Assembly: GCA_035480855.1 (NCBI GenBank)
Contig: DATIHJ010000019.1
Span: 16,096-80,095, forward strand
Length of the DNA stretch: 64,000 nucleotides
Direction of reading: 5' to 3'
Source of the DNA: Patescibacteria group bacterium
GTDB taxonomy: Bacteria > Patescibacteriota > Saccharimonadia > Saccharimonadales > JANWIN01
This document shows, piece by piece, positions 46,730 through 56,000 of the stretch. Position numbers and translations under genes: made by a program. The notes below the pieces were generated by a model. It saw nothing but the letters and a program-made list of their open reading frames with translations. It had not been told where the DNA came from and did no database searches. Numbering within the stretch: the stretch's first letter is position 1; each line of letters starts with the position of its first letter.

Positions 46730-46814
46730 GCGGATGTGGTGGAATTGGTAGACACGCTAGCCTTAGGAGCTAGTGCCGCAAGGCGTGAAGGTTCAAGTCC
46801 TTTCATCCGCACCA
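46730..46814 (+). tRNA. tRNA-Leu (anticodon UAG), class II with a long variable arm and encoded CCA
   Basis: Manual cloverleaf. The acceptor is GCGGATG/CATCCGC, the anticodon stem is CTAGC/GCTAG with loop CTTAGGA, the T-arm is GAAGG-TTCAAGT-CCTTT, the discriminator is A, and CCA follows. Confidence 0.9.
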
Positions 46815-46821
46815 AAACAAT

Positions 46822-46844
46822 GCGACTCCTTTTGGGGTCGTTTA
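46822..46844. terminator. Hairpin between tRNA-Leu and the convergent membrane-protein gene (probable terminator)
   Basis: CGACTCC / GGGGTCG forms a 7-bp stem (one G-U) with loop TTTT, followed by TTTA. Confidence 0.5.
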
Positions 46845-46846
46845 TA

Positions 46847-47551
46847 TTATGCTGATAGTTTCTTCAACTCTTCGTAACGTAGGGCTGGCGCTGCGGAATA
46901 CAGCACACTCAGAGCTAGGCTAATAAATGCTCCCAAGAACGGGATTATACTTGGCAGACTCAGCAGAAACGATACGCCAATAATTCCCCATATTGCTCCT
47001 GGATATGGTTTAGTCAGCGCTGCACTTCTTCGCATAGACTCCATAATGCCAGTATTGTGCTCCACCATAATGTAAGGAGCTAAAAAGTACCGGCGAATCA
47101 TGATAAGGCCCGGTATTATAAATAGTATTAGACCTACAACTATTGTTAGACCAACCACAATGCTAAGTCCAAATAGCCGTAGCCAATATTTTTTACCAAC
47201 TTCCCAAAGATTGGACATGTCAGGGGTCTTACCTTGCGCACCTTGCAGCTTCAAGCTATATAACATTGCCTGGATTAGTGCACTGACAATTATGACTACA
47301 ACGAATAGGGCTATGCCAACTCCAGCTAGACTTGCAATTGCGTAGGTCGGTACTCCTGCAATTCCTACATTGCTAAAGCTTGTTGTACGATCTCTAGAGT
47401 GGCTCTTAGCTATCATGCTCCCTAGAAGCGTAGCGGCAGGTAGTAAGTTTAATATTACAAAGCTAGACAGGTTACGCATGACTATTTCCTGGCTTTTGCT
47501 AAATAGTTCAAAAGCACTTACGGTTTGTGATTGCTTTTTCTCTTTGGCCAT
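46847..47551 (-). CDS. Polytopic membrane protein, unknown function
   Basis: 234 aa with about 5-6 hydrophobic segments. An AAGGAG Shine-Dalgarno lies upstream on the minus strand. Confidence 0.6.
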   Translation of the reverse strand: MAKEKKQSQTVSAFELFSKSQEIVMRNLSSFVILNLLPAATLLGSMIAKSHSRDRTTSFSNVGIAGVPTYAIASLAGVGIALFVVVIIVSALIQAMLYSLKLQGAQGKTPDMSNLWEVGKKYWLRLFGLSIVVGLTIVVGLILFIIPGLIMIRRYFLAPYIMVEHNTGIMESMRRSAALTKPYPGAIWGIIGVSFLLSLPSIIPFLGAFISLALSVLYSAAPALRYEELKKLSA

Positions 47552-47662
47552 TCTGAGAATCTCCTTATGTTGACCATATTATGCGCCAGTAGCGTTTCGC
47601 TGACAACAACAAGATTGGCGTTAGCGTCTCTAGTTAGTTTTAGCTATAATAAGGCCCAAGTT

Positions 47663-48970
47663 ATGGCACTAAGTACCCAACCCTACAAAGGCGCGCGAGA
47701 TTTTTATCCTGACGATAAACGTTTGCAGAAGTATCTGTTTGGTGTTTGGCGCACAGTAGCAGAAAAGTTTGGATATGAGGAGTATGACGCACCTATCCTA
47801 GAGCCGCTAGAACTATATCTTGCTAAAACTGGCGAAGAGATAGTAAATGAGCAGACCTATACATTTGAGGACCGAGGTGGAAGGCATGTTGTCATGCGAC
47901 CAGAGATGACACCCACAGTTAGCCGCATGGTGGCAGCTAAAAGGCAAGAATTAACCTACCCACTGCGCTTGTACAGCATTCCAAACCTGTGGCGCTATGA
48001 ACGCCCTCAGCGTGGACGGCTGCGGGAGCATTGGCAGCTGAATGTTGATCTGTTTGGTATTGCGGGGCTTGAAGCAGAGCACGAAATTATACAAGTGGCA
48101 GATAGCGTAATGCAGGCGTTTGGCTCCCGTCGCAACCAGTACAGCATACGACTCAATAGCCGCAAATTGGTTGATGCTTTTATGCACGAGCATTTAGGGC
48201 TGCATGAGGTACAAACTTATACCCTAGGCAAACTCATTGACCGCAAAAGCAAGATTCCACACGCTGAGTTTGTAGCCCAAGCAGATGCGATATTTACACC
48301 AAGCCAACGTGAGCAAGGGCTAACCGAACAACTGCTCGAAGGACTCAAAGCAGAAGATTTGTCTGAGCTACCGCCAAAGCTCGCAGACCACGAGTCAGTA
48401 AAGGAACTCAAGCAACTCATGGATTGGCTAAAGGCTAGCGGTATCAGCAACTGCGTGTTTGACCTAACACTTATGCGCGGCTTTGATTACTACACAGATA
48501 TAGTATTTGAAATATTTGACCGTGATCCAGAAAATAACCGTTCTATGTTTGGTGGCGGTCGATATGACGGTCTCATAGGTCTTTTCGGCGTAGAAAACCT
48601 ACCAACAGTAGGATTTGGCATGGGTGATGTTACTCTAGCTAACTTCTTGGAAACTCACCAGCTATTGCCCAAGCTTAAACCTGAAACTGATATATATGTA
48701 GTGCTTGTAGGCGATGACATGTATGAAAAGGCACAAACAGTTTTGGCAGATCTGCGACAGATGGGCCTGAGTGTTGCCGTAGACAGCAGCGGACGTAAGG
48801 CCGGCTCGCAAATAAAAACAGCTGCCAGCAAAGGCGTCCACTATGCATTATTTATTGGCGAGAAAGAGCTTGAGAGCGGACAGTTCAATCTAAAAGATTT
48901 GGCTACTGGTACAGAGGAACAACACAGTCTTCAACGCATAGTCAGCATGGTGAAAGATTTTCGAAAGTAG
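47663..48970 (+). CDS. hisS: Histidyl-tRNA synthetase
   Basis: I chose the start at 47663 (MALSTQPYKGARDFYP, the canonical HisRS N-terminus). Class II motifs are present (RYERPQRGRLREHWQ, GGGRYD). The ORF extension from 47531 overlaps the opposing gene. Confidence 0.92.
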   Translation: MALSTQPYKGARDFYPDDKRLQKYLFGVWRTVAEKFGYEEYDAPILEPLELYLAKTGEEIVNEQTYTFEDRGGRHVVMRPEMTPTVSRMVAAKRQELTYPLRLYSIPNLWRYERPQRGRLREHWQLNVDLFGIAGLEAEHEIIQVADSVMQAFGSRRNQYSIRLNSRKLVDAFMHEHLGLHEVQTYTLGKLIDRKSKIPHAEFVAQADAIFTPSQREQGLTEQLLEGLKAEDLSELPPKLADHESVKELKQLMDWLKASGISNCVFDLTLMRGFDYYTDIVFEIFDRDPENNRSMFGGGRYDGLIGLFGVENLPTVGFGMGDVTLANFLETHQLLPKLKPETDIYVVLVGDDMYEKAQTVLADLRQMGLSVAVDSSGRKAGSQIKTAASKGVHYALFIGEKELESGQFNLKDLATGTEEQHSLQRIVSMVKDFRK

Positions 48971-49423
48971 ATGACAGCGACCAACCACGTTCTAACTGGG
49001 GCATTGATAGCTGTGGTAGTCCATAACCCAGTAGTGGCTCTACCAGCTGCATTTTTGTCCCATTTTGCACTAGACGTGTTACCTCATTTTGAAATTGCAA
49101 AGCCGAAATTTAACAGTAATCTGTATAAGTTTAGGCTCCTTGGTGATATTGCCGGTGCATCTCTAGTTCTTCTCGTATTACTTATTATGCAGCCCGCCAA
49201 TGTTTGGCTTATCTTAACTTGCTCTGTGCTATCAGCAAGCCCTGATCTGATGTGGATTCCCGACTTTGTTGCAGCAAATGCTCACAAGCCTAAGCCTAAG
49301 TACGGTCCAATTCGTCGTTTTCATCACGGCATACAGTGGTATCAACGGCCATCAGGCGTGGTCGTAGAAATTGCATGGTGTGTATCAATGGTAGCTCTAC
49401 TAAATTCACTACTAGTACGCTAG
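48971..49423 (+). CDS. Small membrane protein, unknown function
   Basis: 150 aa with 3-4 hydrophobic helices and His/Asp motifs (SHFALDVLPH, SPDLMWIPDF). It starts directly after the hisS stop. Confidence 0.5.
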   Translation: MTATNHVLTGALIAVVVHNPVVALPAAFLSHFALDVLPHFEIAKPKFNSNLYKFRLLGDIAGASLVLLVLLIMQPANVWLILTCSVLSASPDLMWIPDFVAANAHKPKPKYGPIRRFHHGIQWYQRPSGVVVEIAWCVSMVALLNSLLVR

Positions 49424-49440
49424 AATATTCAGCGCCTATC

Positions 49441-49449
49441 TGTTATAGT
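49441..49449 (+). promoter_or_regulatory. Extended -10 box (TGTTATAGT) 8 nt upstream of the tig ATG
   Basis: TATAGT lies at 49444-49449 and the ATG at 49458. There is no Shine-Dalgarno. Confidence 0.4.
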
Positions 49450-49457
49450 TACTTTTT

Positions 49458-50750
49458 ATGCAACTCATAAAGACATATCTTAGTGATACTCGCATCAAGC
49501 TGGACATTTCTGCCGACCAGAAACTCATAGATGGCATAAAAACTGTTGTACTGCGCCATTTGGCAAAAGACCACGTTAAACTACCCGGCTTCCGCAGTGG
49601 TAAAGCTCCGCTTTCAATGGTTGAAAAGAGCGTAGATCAGGAGCTACTACATAGTGAATTCTTAGACGAAGCCGTAAATCGCCTATATGTGCAGGCAATG
49701 CAGGCTGAAAAGCTACGACCTGTCGAGCAGCCCAAAATTACCCTCAAAAAGTTCGTGCCTTTTACACAGCTAGAGTTTGAAGCCGAGGTAGAGGTTATAG
49801 GTGAAATAAAGCTGCCGAATTATAAGACCATGAAGCAGCAACCAGCTGCCGTAAAGGTAGAAGCCAAAGATGTCACAGAAGTACTATCAAGCCTGCAACA
49901 GCGTATGGCAGAACGAAGCGGCGTACAAAGGGCATCTAAAAAGGGTGATGAGGTACTAATTGACTTTAGTGGTAAGGATAGCAAGGGTCAGCGAGTAAAA
50001 GGTGCTGACGGCAAGGACTATCCTCTCATTTTAGGTAGCAACACATTTATACCAGGCTTTGAAGAGCATTTGTTTGGCTTAAAACACGGTGATGATACTA
50101 AATTTGATGTAACATTTCCTAAAGATTATGGCGTTGCGGCATTGCAGAGTAAAAAAGTAACTTTCAGCGTTAGTGTTAAACAAGTCCAAGAGGTTGTGGC
50201 ACCAAAACTAGATGACTCATTTGCAGCCAAGTCCGGTCCATTTAAGACACTAACAGAACTAAAAACAGACATAAAAAAGCAGCTTACAATTGAGCGCCAA
50301 CAGCAAGCTGACCGTGACTTTGAAAACCAGCTGGTCAGAAATATTGCAGCTAAATCTAGCGTAGCAATACCGGAAGTATTGATCGACGAGGAAGTAAAGC
50401 GGGCAGAAGAAGGTGAGCGTCAAAACTTGGCCTATCGTGGCCAAACCTGGCAGGAGCACCTAGACGAAGAAGGAATAACAGAAGAAGAACACCGCAGACG
50501 AAACCGTGACAGTGCCCAGGAAAGCGTTAAGGCTGGGCTGGTACTGAGTGAAATATCTGAACAGGAAGGCATAAAAGTTACTCCAGAGGAGTTCGAGATT
50601 CGCCTCCAGCTTCTAAAGGGGCAATATACTGATAATGCTATGCAAGCAGAACTTGACACTCCCAATGGTCGTCGTGATATTGAAAATAGTCTATTAACAG
50701 AAAAAACATTAGCCAAGCTTACAGTATATGCCAAGAAGCATACTACTTGA
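49458..50750 (+). CDS. tig: Trigger factor
   Basis: 430 aa with an N-terminal ribosome-binding signature region (GFRSGKAP), a central FKBP-type PPIase segment and a C-terminal arm domain. Confidence 0.88.
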   Translation: MQLIKTYLSDTRIKLDISADQKLIDGIKTVVLRHLAKDHVKLPGFRSGKAPLSMVEKSVDQELLHSEFLDEAVNRLYVQAMQAEKLRPVEQPKITLKKFVPFTQLEFEAEVEVIGEIKLPNYKTMKQQPAAVKVEAKDVTEVLSSLQQRMAERSGVQRASKKGDEVLIDFSGKDSKGQRVKGADGKDYPLILGSNTFIPGFEEHLFGLKHGDDTKFDVTFPKDYGVAALQSKKVTFSVSVKQVQEVVAPKLDDSFAAKSGPFKTLTELKTDIKKQLTIERQQQADRDFENQLVRNIAAKSSVAIPEVLIDEEVKRAEEGERQNLAYRGQTWQEHLDEEGITEEEHRRRNRDSAQESVKAGLVLSEISEQEGIKVTPEEFEIRLQLLKGQYTDNAMQAELDTPNGRRDIENSLLTEKTLAKLTVYAKKHTT

Positions 50751-50783
50751 CCAAAGTTGATATTAGTGTTAATATAATTTTAT

Positions 50784-51170
50784 ATGAGCAAGACAGGTAA
50801 ACTATTAAAGCATATTTACTACGGCCAGTTTAAAAATGGCGCGGAAGATCTTCATGTTGATAATGCCAACGAATTATCAGATCGTGAAGGGACTAAACGC
50901 CTTGTTGGAAGTACAGCACTGTATTTAACGCTTATAACTGCAGAATTGGTTAGGAATAAGCCAATAGGGTTGGCAATCGTTACCGGAATAGGCGGTATAC
51001 TTTTACGCCGACAGTATCAAAATACACAAACACAGCACATAGATTTAATGGAATCTGAAACCACAATAAAAACTGAAAGTGATGATTATAGAGACGTTCA
51101 GTCTATACCCATTACAGATACTTCAGCACAGGCGGATGCAGTTAGCGCAAATTACCTAAGTAATCTTTAA
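50784..51170 (+). CDS. Hypothetical protein (128 aa) with a central hydrophobic segment
   Basis: Called from the ORF. TATAAT at 50773-50778 lies 5 nt upstream of the ATG. It looks AT-rich relative to its neighbours by eye. Confidence 0.4.
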   Translation: MSKTGKLLKHIYYGQFKNGAEDLHVDNANELSDREGTKRLVGSTALYLTLITAELVRNKPIGLAIVTGIGGILLRRQYQNTQTQHIDLMESETTIKTESDDYRDVQSIPITDTSAQADAVSANYLSNL

Positions 51171-51188
51171 ATAAACGAAGCTGACTAA

Positions 51189-51215
51189 TTAGCACTCTTG
51201 ACAGTAGAGTGCTAA
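51189..51215 (+). promoter_or_regulatory. Perfect CIRCE element (HrcA operator) overlapping the clpP promoter
   Basis: TTAGCACTC-TTGACAGTA-GAGTGCTAA is an exact 18/18 match to the CIRCE consensus TTAGCACTC-N9-GAGTGCTAA. The N9 carries the -35 TTGACA (51198-51203). Confidence 0.8.
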
Positions 51216-51226
51216 TTTCATATTAT
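51198..51226 (+). promoter_or_regulatory. clpP promoter (TTGACA-17 nt-TATTAT)
   Basis: A consensus -35, a 17-nt spacer and TATTAT at 51221-51226. The AGGAG Shine-Dalgarno lies 7 nt before the ATG at 51250. Confidence 0.65.
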
Positions 51227-51249
51227 GGATATACAAATAGGAGAAAACA

Positions 51250-51882
51250 ATGTTTGCACAAGATGATTCTAACGTTAAGAAAAAGAGCCAGGTACTTGTA
51301 CCGACAGTAATTGAAAACGAGGGACGCTACGAGCGAGCCTATGACATTTATAGCCGGCTGCTACGTGAGCGTATTATCTTTTTGGGTTCAGACGTTAACG
51401 AAGTTACCGCAAACCTTATAATTGCCCAGATGTTGTTCCTCCAGGCAGATGATGCCAAAAAGGACATATTTTTATACATCAACAGCCCAGGCGGCAGTGT
51501 ATACGATGCGCTAGCTATTTATGACACTATGCAATACGTAGGCAACGATGTGCAGACAGTTGGCATTGGTGTGCAGGCTTCTGCGGCTGCTTTCCTGCTC
51601 AGTAGCGGTGCCAAGGGAAAAAGATTCTTGCTACCAAACGCTACCGTCATGATTCACCAACCTTCTAGCGGCAGCAAGGGCAAAGTCACAGACCAAGAGA
51701 TTGACCTTAAGGAAGCCTTGCGTGTAAAGAGACTCATGGAACAGATTATGTCTAAAAACACTGGTCAGAAGGCTGACAAGATCCACACGGATATGGAACG
51801 CGACTTTTGGATGACTGCCCCGGAAGCCAAAAAGTACGGTGTAGTAGACGCTATAATTAGCACACCTCCAAAACTCAAGTAG
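51250..51882 (+). CDS. clpP: ATP-dependent Clp protease proteolytic subunit
   Basis: 210 aa. The context of the catalytic Ser (VQASAAAF), His (MIHQP) and Asp (ERDFWM) is conserved. Confidence 0.94.
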   Translation: MFAQDDSNVKKKSQVLVPTVIENEGRYERAYDIYSRLLRERIIFLGSDVNEVTANLIIAQMLFLQADDAKKDIFLYINSPGGSVYDALAIYDTMQYVGNDVQTVGIGVQASAAAFLLSSGAKGKRFLLPNATVMIHQPSSGSKGKVTDQEIDLKEALRVKRLMEQIMSKNTGQKADKIHTDMERDFWMTAPEAKKYGVVDAIISTPPKLK

Positions 51883-52035
51883 AGTGATCCTTTAATTGAA
51901 GAGAAGCTAATTAGACTTACTATACCTGTCAGAGAAACTCAGATTCCTTTTAATTTGACTATAATGTGATTAAATTGCTCTCACCTATTGCATGTAATGG
52001 TATAATATATTGTAGTAATTGAGGTAGAGCAGACC

Positions 52036-52848
52036 ATGTCCAACGTTTCGCCACAGAATTTCGAATATAAGTTAGTTAATCCAACTAAACTTTCAGACAC
52101 TGAACACGATGAGTTTAACGGCTTATATAGGGCTTCGGTTGAAGTAGATTTCCCTGGTCGCTCACAAGCTGAGTATGACTACTTTATTAATAACCTTGAA
52201 AAACAGCGACGTAAAGTTAATGCAGGAGTTGGGGGCCCTTTTCAAAGAAAAAACCAGCGATATGGATCTCCACTTGCTGCAGTAATATTAGATCGTTCTC
52301 ATAATCTGCATGGTGTTATATCTGGAACAGTCAATGTATCTACCAGCGCAGAAGAAAAATTAACGGATAGAGTCGGAGCAAAGCTTGGTAAAAAAGCCGG
52401 TAAGGTAGTAGGACTAGTAGTTGGCAAACCATTAGGTAAGTTAGAGATGGCTGCTAAAATGCATTCCGACACACTGCATATTAATAGATTAGTGCCAAAA
52501 AAATGGGCTTCATTAGGTTCACGAGCGTTTAGTCTATCTTTACTTGAAGGTATTCAAGATACTGGTGATGTCAGTGCCGCTGATGTTGGAGTGCATCACA
52601 TACTAGAAAAGCGCGATCCTAGAGAGCAGGTTTCTTCGTGGCCATATGTAGGCGAGAGACTTTGGAGTCCTTATCTTACGAGCATAGGTGTTACATATAC
52701 TGGTGAACCGTTTGAGTGGCGATGGGTATTTGGAGAAGATGCAACGCCAGTTGTACAATTTCGCCACACAAACTCCGGAGTACACGAAGTATTGGATATA
52801 ATCTCTCAAAAACCAGGCGCACCGGAGGCCATAGATCAATCCAAATGA
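52036..52848 (+). CDS. Hypothetical protein (270 aa)
   Basis: Called from the ORF. An upstream extended -10 (TGGTATAAT) and a GAGG Shine-Dalgarno are present. It has a K/G-rich internal segment and no recognised domain. Confidence 0.45.
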   Translation: MSNVSPQNFEYKLVNPTKLSDTEHDEFNGLYRASVEVDFPGRSQAEYDYFINNLEKQRRKVNAGVGGPFQRKNQRYGSPLAAVILDRSHNLHGVISGTVNVSTSAEEKLTDRVGAKLGKKAGKVVGLVVGKPLGKLEMAAKMHSDTLHINRLVPKKWASLGSRAFSLSLLEGIQDTGDVSAADVGVHHILEKRDPREQVSSWPYVGERLWSPYLTSIGVTYTGEPFEWRWVFGEDATPVVQFRHTNSGVHEVLDIISQKPGAPEAIDQSK

Positions 52849-52888
52849 TAATATAGGATTTTGTAGTCTTTGGTCGTAAACTTTATAC

Positions 52889-52917
52889 TTGACTCGTTAG
52901 TTTTTTGTCTCTATACT
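52889..52917 (+). promoter_or_regulatory. rpoBC promoter (TTGACT-17 nt-TATACT) with a leader of about 145 nt
   Basis: TTGACT at 52889-52894, an exact 17-nt spacer and TATACT at 52912-52917. The GGGAG Shine-Dalgarno precedes the ATG at 53068. Confidence 0.6.
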
Positions 52918-53067
52918 AGTGTTCAAGAAGTAGTGTAAGGGCTGTGCTGGATTTTATCAAAAATTATATTGTCACCACCCCTTAGTGACCTTCGCGCGCG
53001 AACCATCTAACAGATAAAACAAAAGTCTCTAACTTTATATCTACATAAGTGGGAGTAGTAATTATAT

Positions 53068-56000
53068 ATGGCCAAAAGCACTACGAAGATCAAGCCGGGC
53101 GAACGAGTTTATTACACTAAGCCAGACGATACTATCGATCTGCCTAACTTGGTGGACCACCAAAACAAGTCATTCCAATGGTTTGTAGACGAAGGTCTAG
53201 GTGAGTTGCTGCAAGAGATTAGTCCGATAGACGACTATACTGGCACCAAACTGACCCTAGATTTTAAAGGCTATCGTTTCGAAAAGCCTAAATTAACAGA
53301 AGCAGAAGCCCGTGAAAATAATGTAAGTTTCGAGGCTCCACTTAAAGCGACTGTAGTCCTTACTAACAAGGTTACTGGCGAGGTAAAAGAACAAGAAATC
53401 TACCTGGGCGATTACCCATGGATGACTACCCGCGGAACGTTTGTGATTAACGGCGCAGAACGCGTGGTAGTAAGCCAGCTTATTCGTTCTGCTGGTGTAT
53501 TCTTTACCGCAGATAAGAAAGGCACAAACAACCTATACGGCGCCAAAGTAATACCAGGCCGTGGTGCTTGGCTGGAGTTTGAGACAGCCGCCAATGGCGC
53601 ATTGTATGTAAAGATAGACCGTAAACGAAAAATCCCTGTTACTACACTACTGCGCGCATTAGGTATGACAGAAGCCCACATGCTGACAGCCTTTAAGCAT
53701 GTAGACAGTGGCACAGTAAGTCACCTGGCCGTAACACTAGAAAAAGACCCTGCTCACGGCAACAACGATGCTTTGATTGAAGTCTACCGCCGTTTGCGTC
53801 CTGGTGACCTTGCAACAGTAGAAAACGCCCGAAGCTTGCTTGAGAACATGTTCTACAACTTCAAACGCTTTGATTTTAGCCGCGTTGGACGCTACAAAAT
53901 CAACAAGCGGTTGGATCTAAAGACTCCAAATAACATAGAAAACCGTGTAATGCGTCTTGAAGACCTAGTGGCGATCGTAGCAGAGATTATCCGCCTAAAT
54001 AACACACAGGAACCGGCCGATGATATTGACAGCCTAGCAAATCGCCGTGTCAAACTGGTTGGCGAACTTGTGCAACGTCAATTCCGTATTGGTTTACTTC
54101 GGATGGAGCGTAACACCAAAGACCGTATGAGTATGAGTGAAATTGAAACCGTTACACCGGCCCAGCTTATAAATGCCCGCCCAGTAGTAGCAGCCGTACG
54201 TGAATTCTTTGCCAGCAGCCAGTTGTCACAGTTTATGGATCAGATTAACCCACTCAGCGAACTTGCGCACAAACGCCGCCTAAGCTCTATGGGCCCCGGT
54301 GGGCTAAGCCGAGAGCGTGCAGGCTTTGAAGTCCGTGATGCCCACGCCACTCACTATGGACGCATTTGCCCGGTAGAAACGCCAGAAGGTGCCAACATTG
54401 GCCTAGTACTAAACCTTGCCAGCTATGCCCGTATTAATGACTATGGCTTTATTGAAACCCCTTACCGCAAGGTACTCAGTGCAGTTACCGCCAAACAGTC
54501 AATAGGCCACATAGCAGCTGTAGATTTTGAAGATGAAAAAGGCAAGACGATAGTAAAATCTGGCCAAAAGGTTACTGCCGCATCTGCAACTCGACTAGCA
54601 AAGGTTAAAAACCAGACGACCTGGCCAATTAAAGCTGAAGTAACTGACCAAATCATATATATGGACGCATCAGAAGAAGAGCAAGCTGTTATTGCAAGCG
54701 CTAGTGAAGCATATAACGACAAGGGCTACTTTATAAATGAGCGTGTAAGTGCCCGTAACCGTTTGGTGTCTGGTGAAGTTGACGCTAACGATGTAACGCA
54801 TATGGACGCATCTCGCCGCCAGATAATCGGTAGTAGCGCAGCACTAATTCCATTTATTGAGAAGAACTATGTTTACCGAAGTCTAATGGGTAGTAACCAA
54901 CAGCGCCAAGCTGTACCACTAATTAGCCCATCTGCCCCAATTGTTGGTACCGGTATAGAGACCGTTGCCGCCCAAAACACTGGGCAGATTACCTATGCCG
55001 AGGCTGATGGGACGGTTGAGAGTGCAAGTGCAGATGAAGTCAGAGTGAAATACAAAGGACACACAGCTACGTATCACCCCCAGCATTTTGTCCGTAGTAA
55101 TGAAGGCACATGTATAAATCAAAAAGTTGTAGTAAGTACAGGCGATAAGGTCAAAAAGGGCCATGTGCTTATAGAAGGTATGTCCATAGCTGATGGCGAA
55201 TTAGCCCTTGGCAAAGACTTGCTAGTAGCATTTATGCCTTGGTCTGGCTATAACTTTGAGGACGCCATTATAATTTCCCGCAAGCTCGTTGAAGATGACA
55301 CGCTAACCTCAATACATATTGTCGATTACATGACTGAAGTTCGTGAAACTAAACTAGGACCTGAAATTGTAACCCGCGATATACCTAATGTCAGCGAAGA
55401 AGCCCTACGACACTTGGATGAAGATGGCATCGTACGTATTGGTGCAGATGTTCATCCAGGAGATATCTTAGTAGGTAAGATTACACCTAAAGGTGAGCAA
55501 GAATTAAGCAGCGAAGAGCGACTGTTACGTGCTATCTTTGGAGAAAAAGCCAAAGAGGTTCGCGATACTTCACAGCGCATGAGCAATGGTAAGCACGGCA
55601 AGGTTGTGGGCGTAAAAGTCTTCAGCCGCGCCAACGGACATGAGCTTAAAGCTGGCGTAATTATGCAAATCCAGATTTTTGTAGCCCAAATGCGCAAAAT
55701 TGCCGTTGGTGATAAACTTGGAGGCCGCCATGGTAACAAGGGTGTGATTGCCCGTGTACTACCAGTTGAGGACATGCCATTTACAAGTGATGGAACACCT
55801 GTTGACATCATCTTGAACCCCCTTGGCGTACCATCTCGTATGAACGTAGGTCAGCTGTTTGAAACTCACCTCGGTATGGCTGCACGAATGCTTGGTTTTA
55901 AAGTCGGTAGCCCGCCATTTAACGGTGTTTCCACCACCCAGATCCAAACACTGCTAAAACAGGCTGGATTACCTGACGATGGCAAACAGCAGCTTTACGA

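Noticed and set aside
46730-47600. tRNA-Leu as an integration hotspot or genomic-island boundary
   Set aside because: There is no integrase, and I could spot no direct repeat of the tRNA 3' end downstream. The adjacent genes are an ordinary membrane protein and hisS.
47531-47662. N-terminal extension of hisS back to 47531
   Set aside because: It overlaps the start of the opposing membrane-protein gene and its promoter region, and encodes non-HisRS sequence. The canonical HisRS N-terminus starts at 47663, 12 nt downstream of a TATAAT box (47645-47650).
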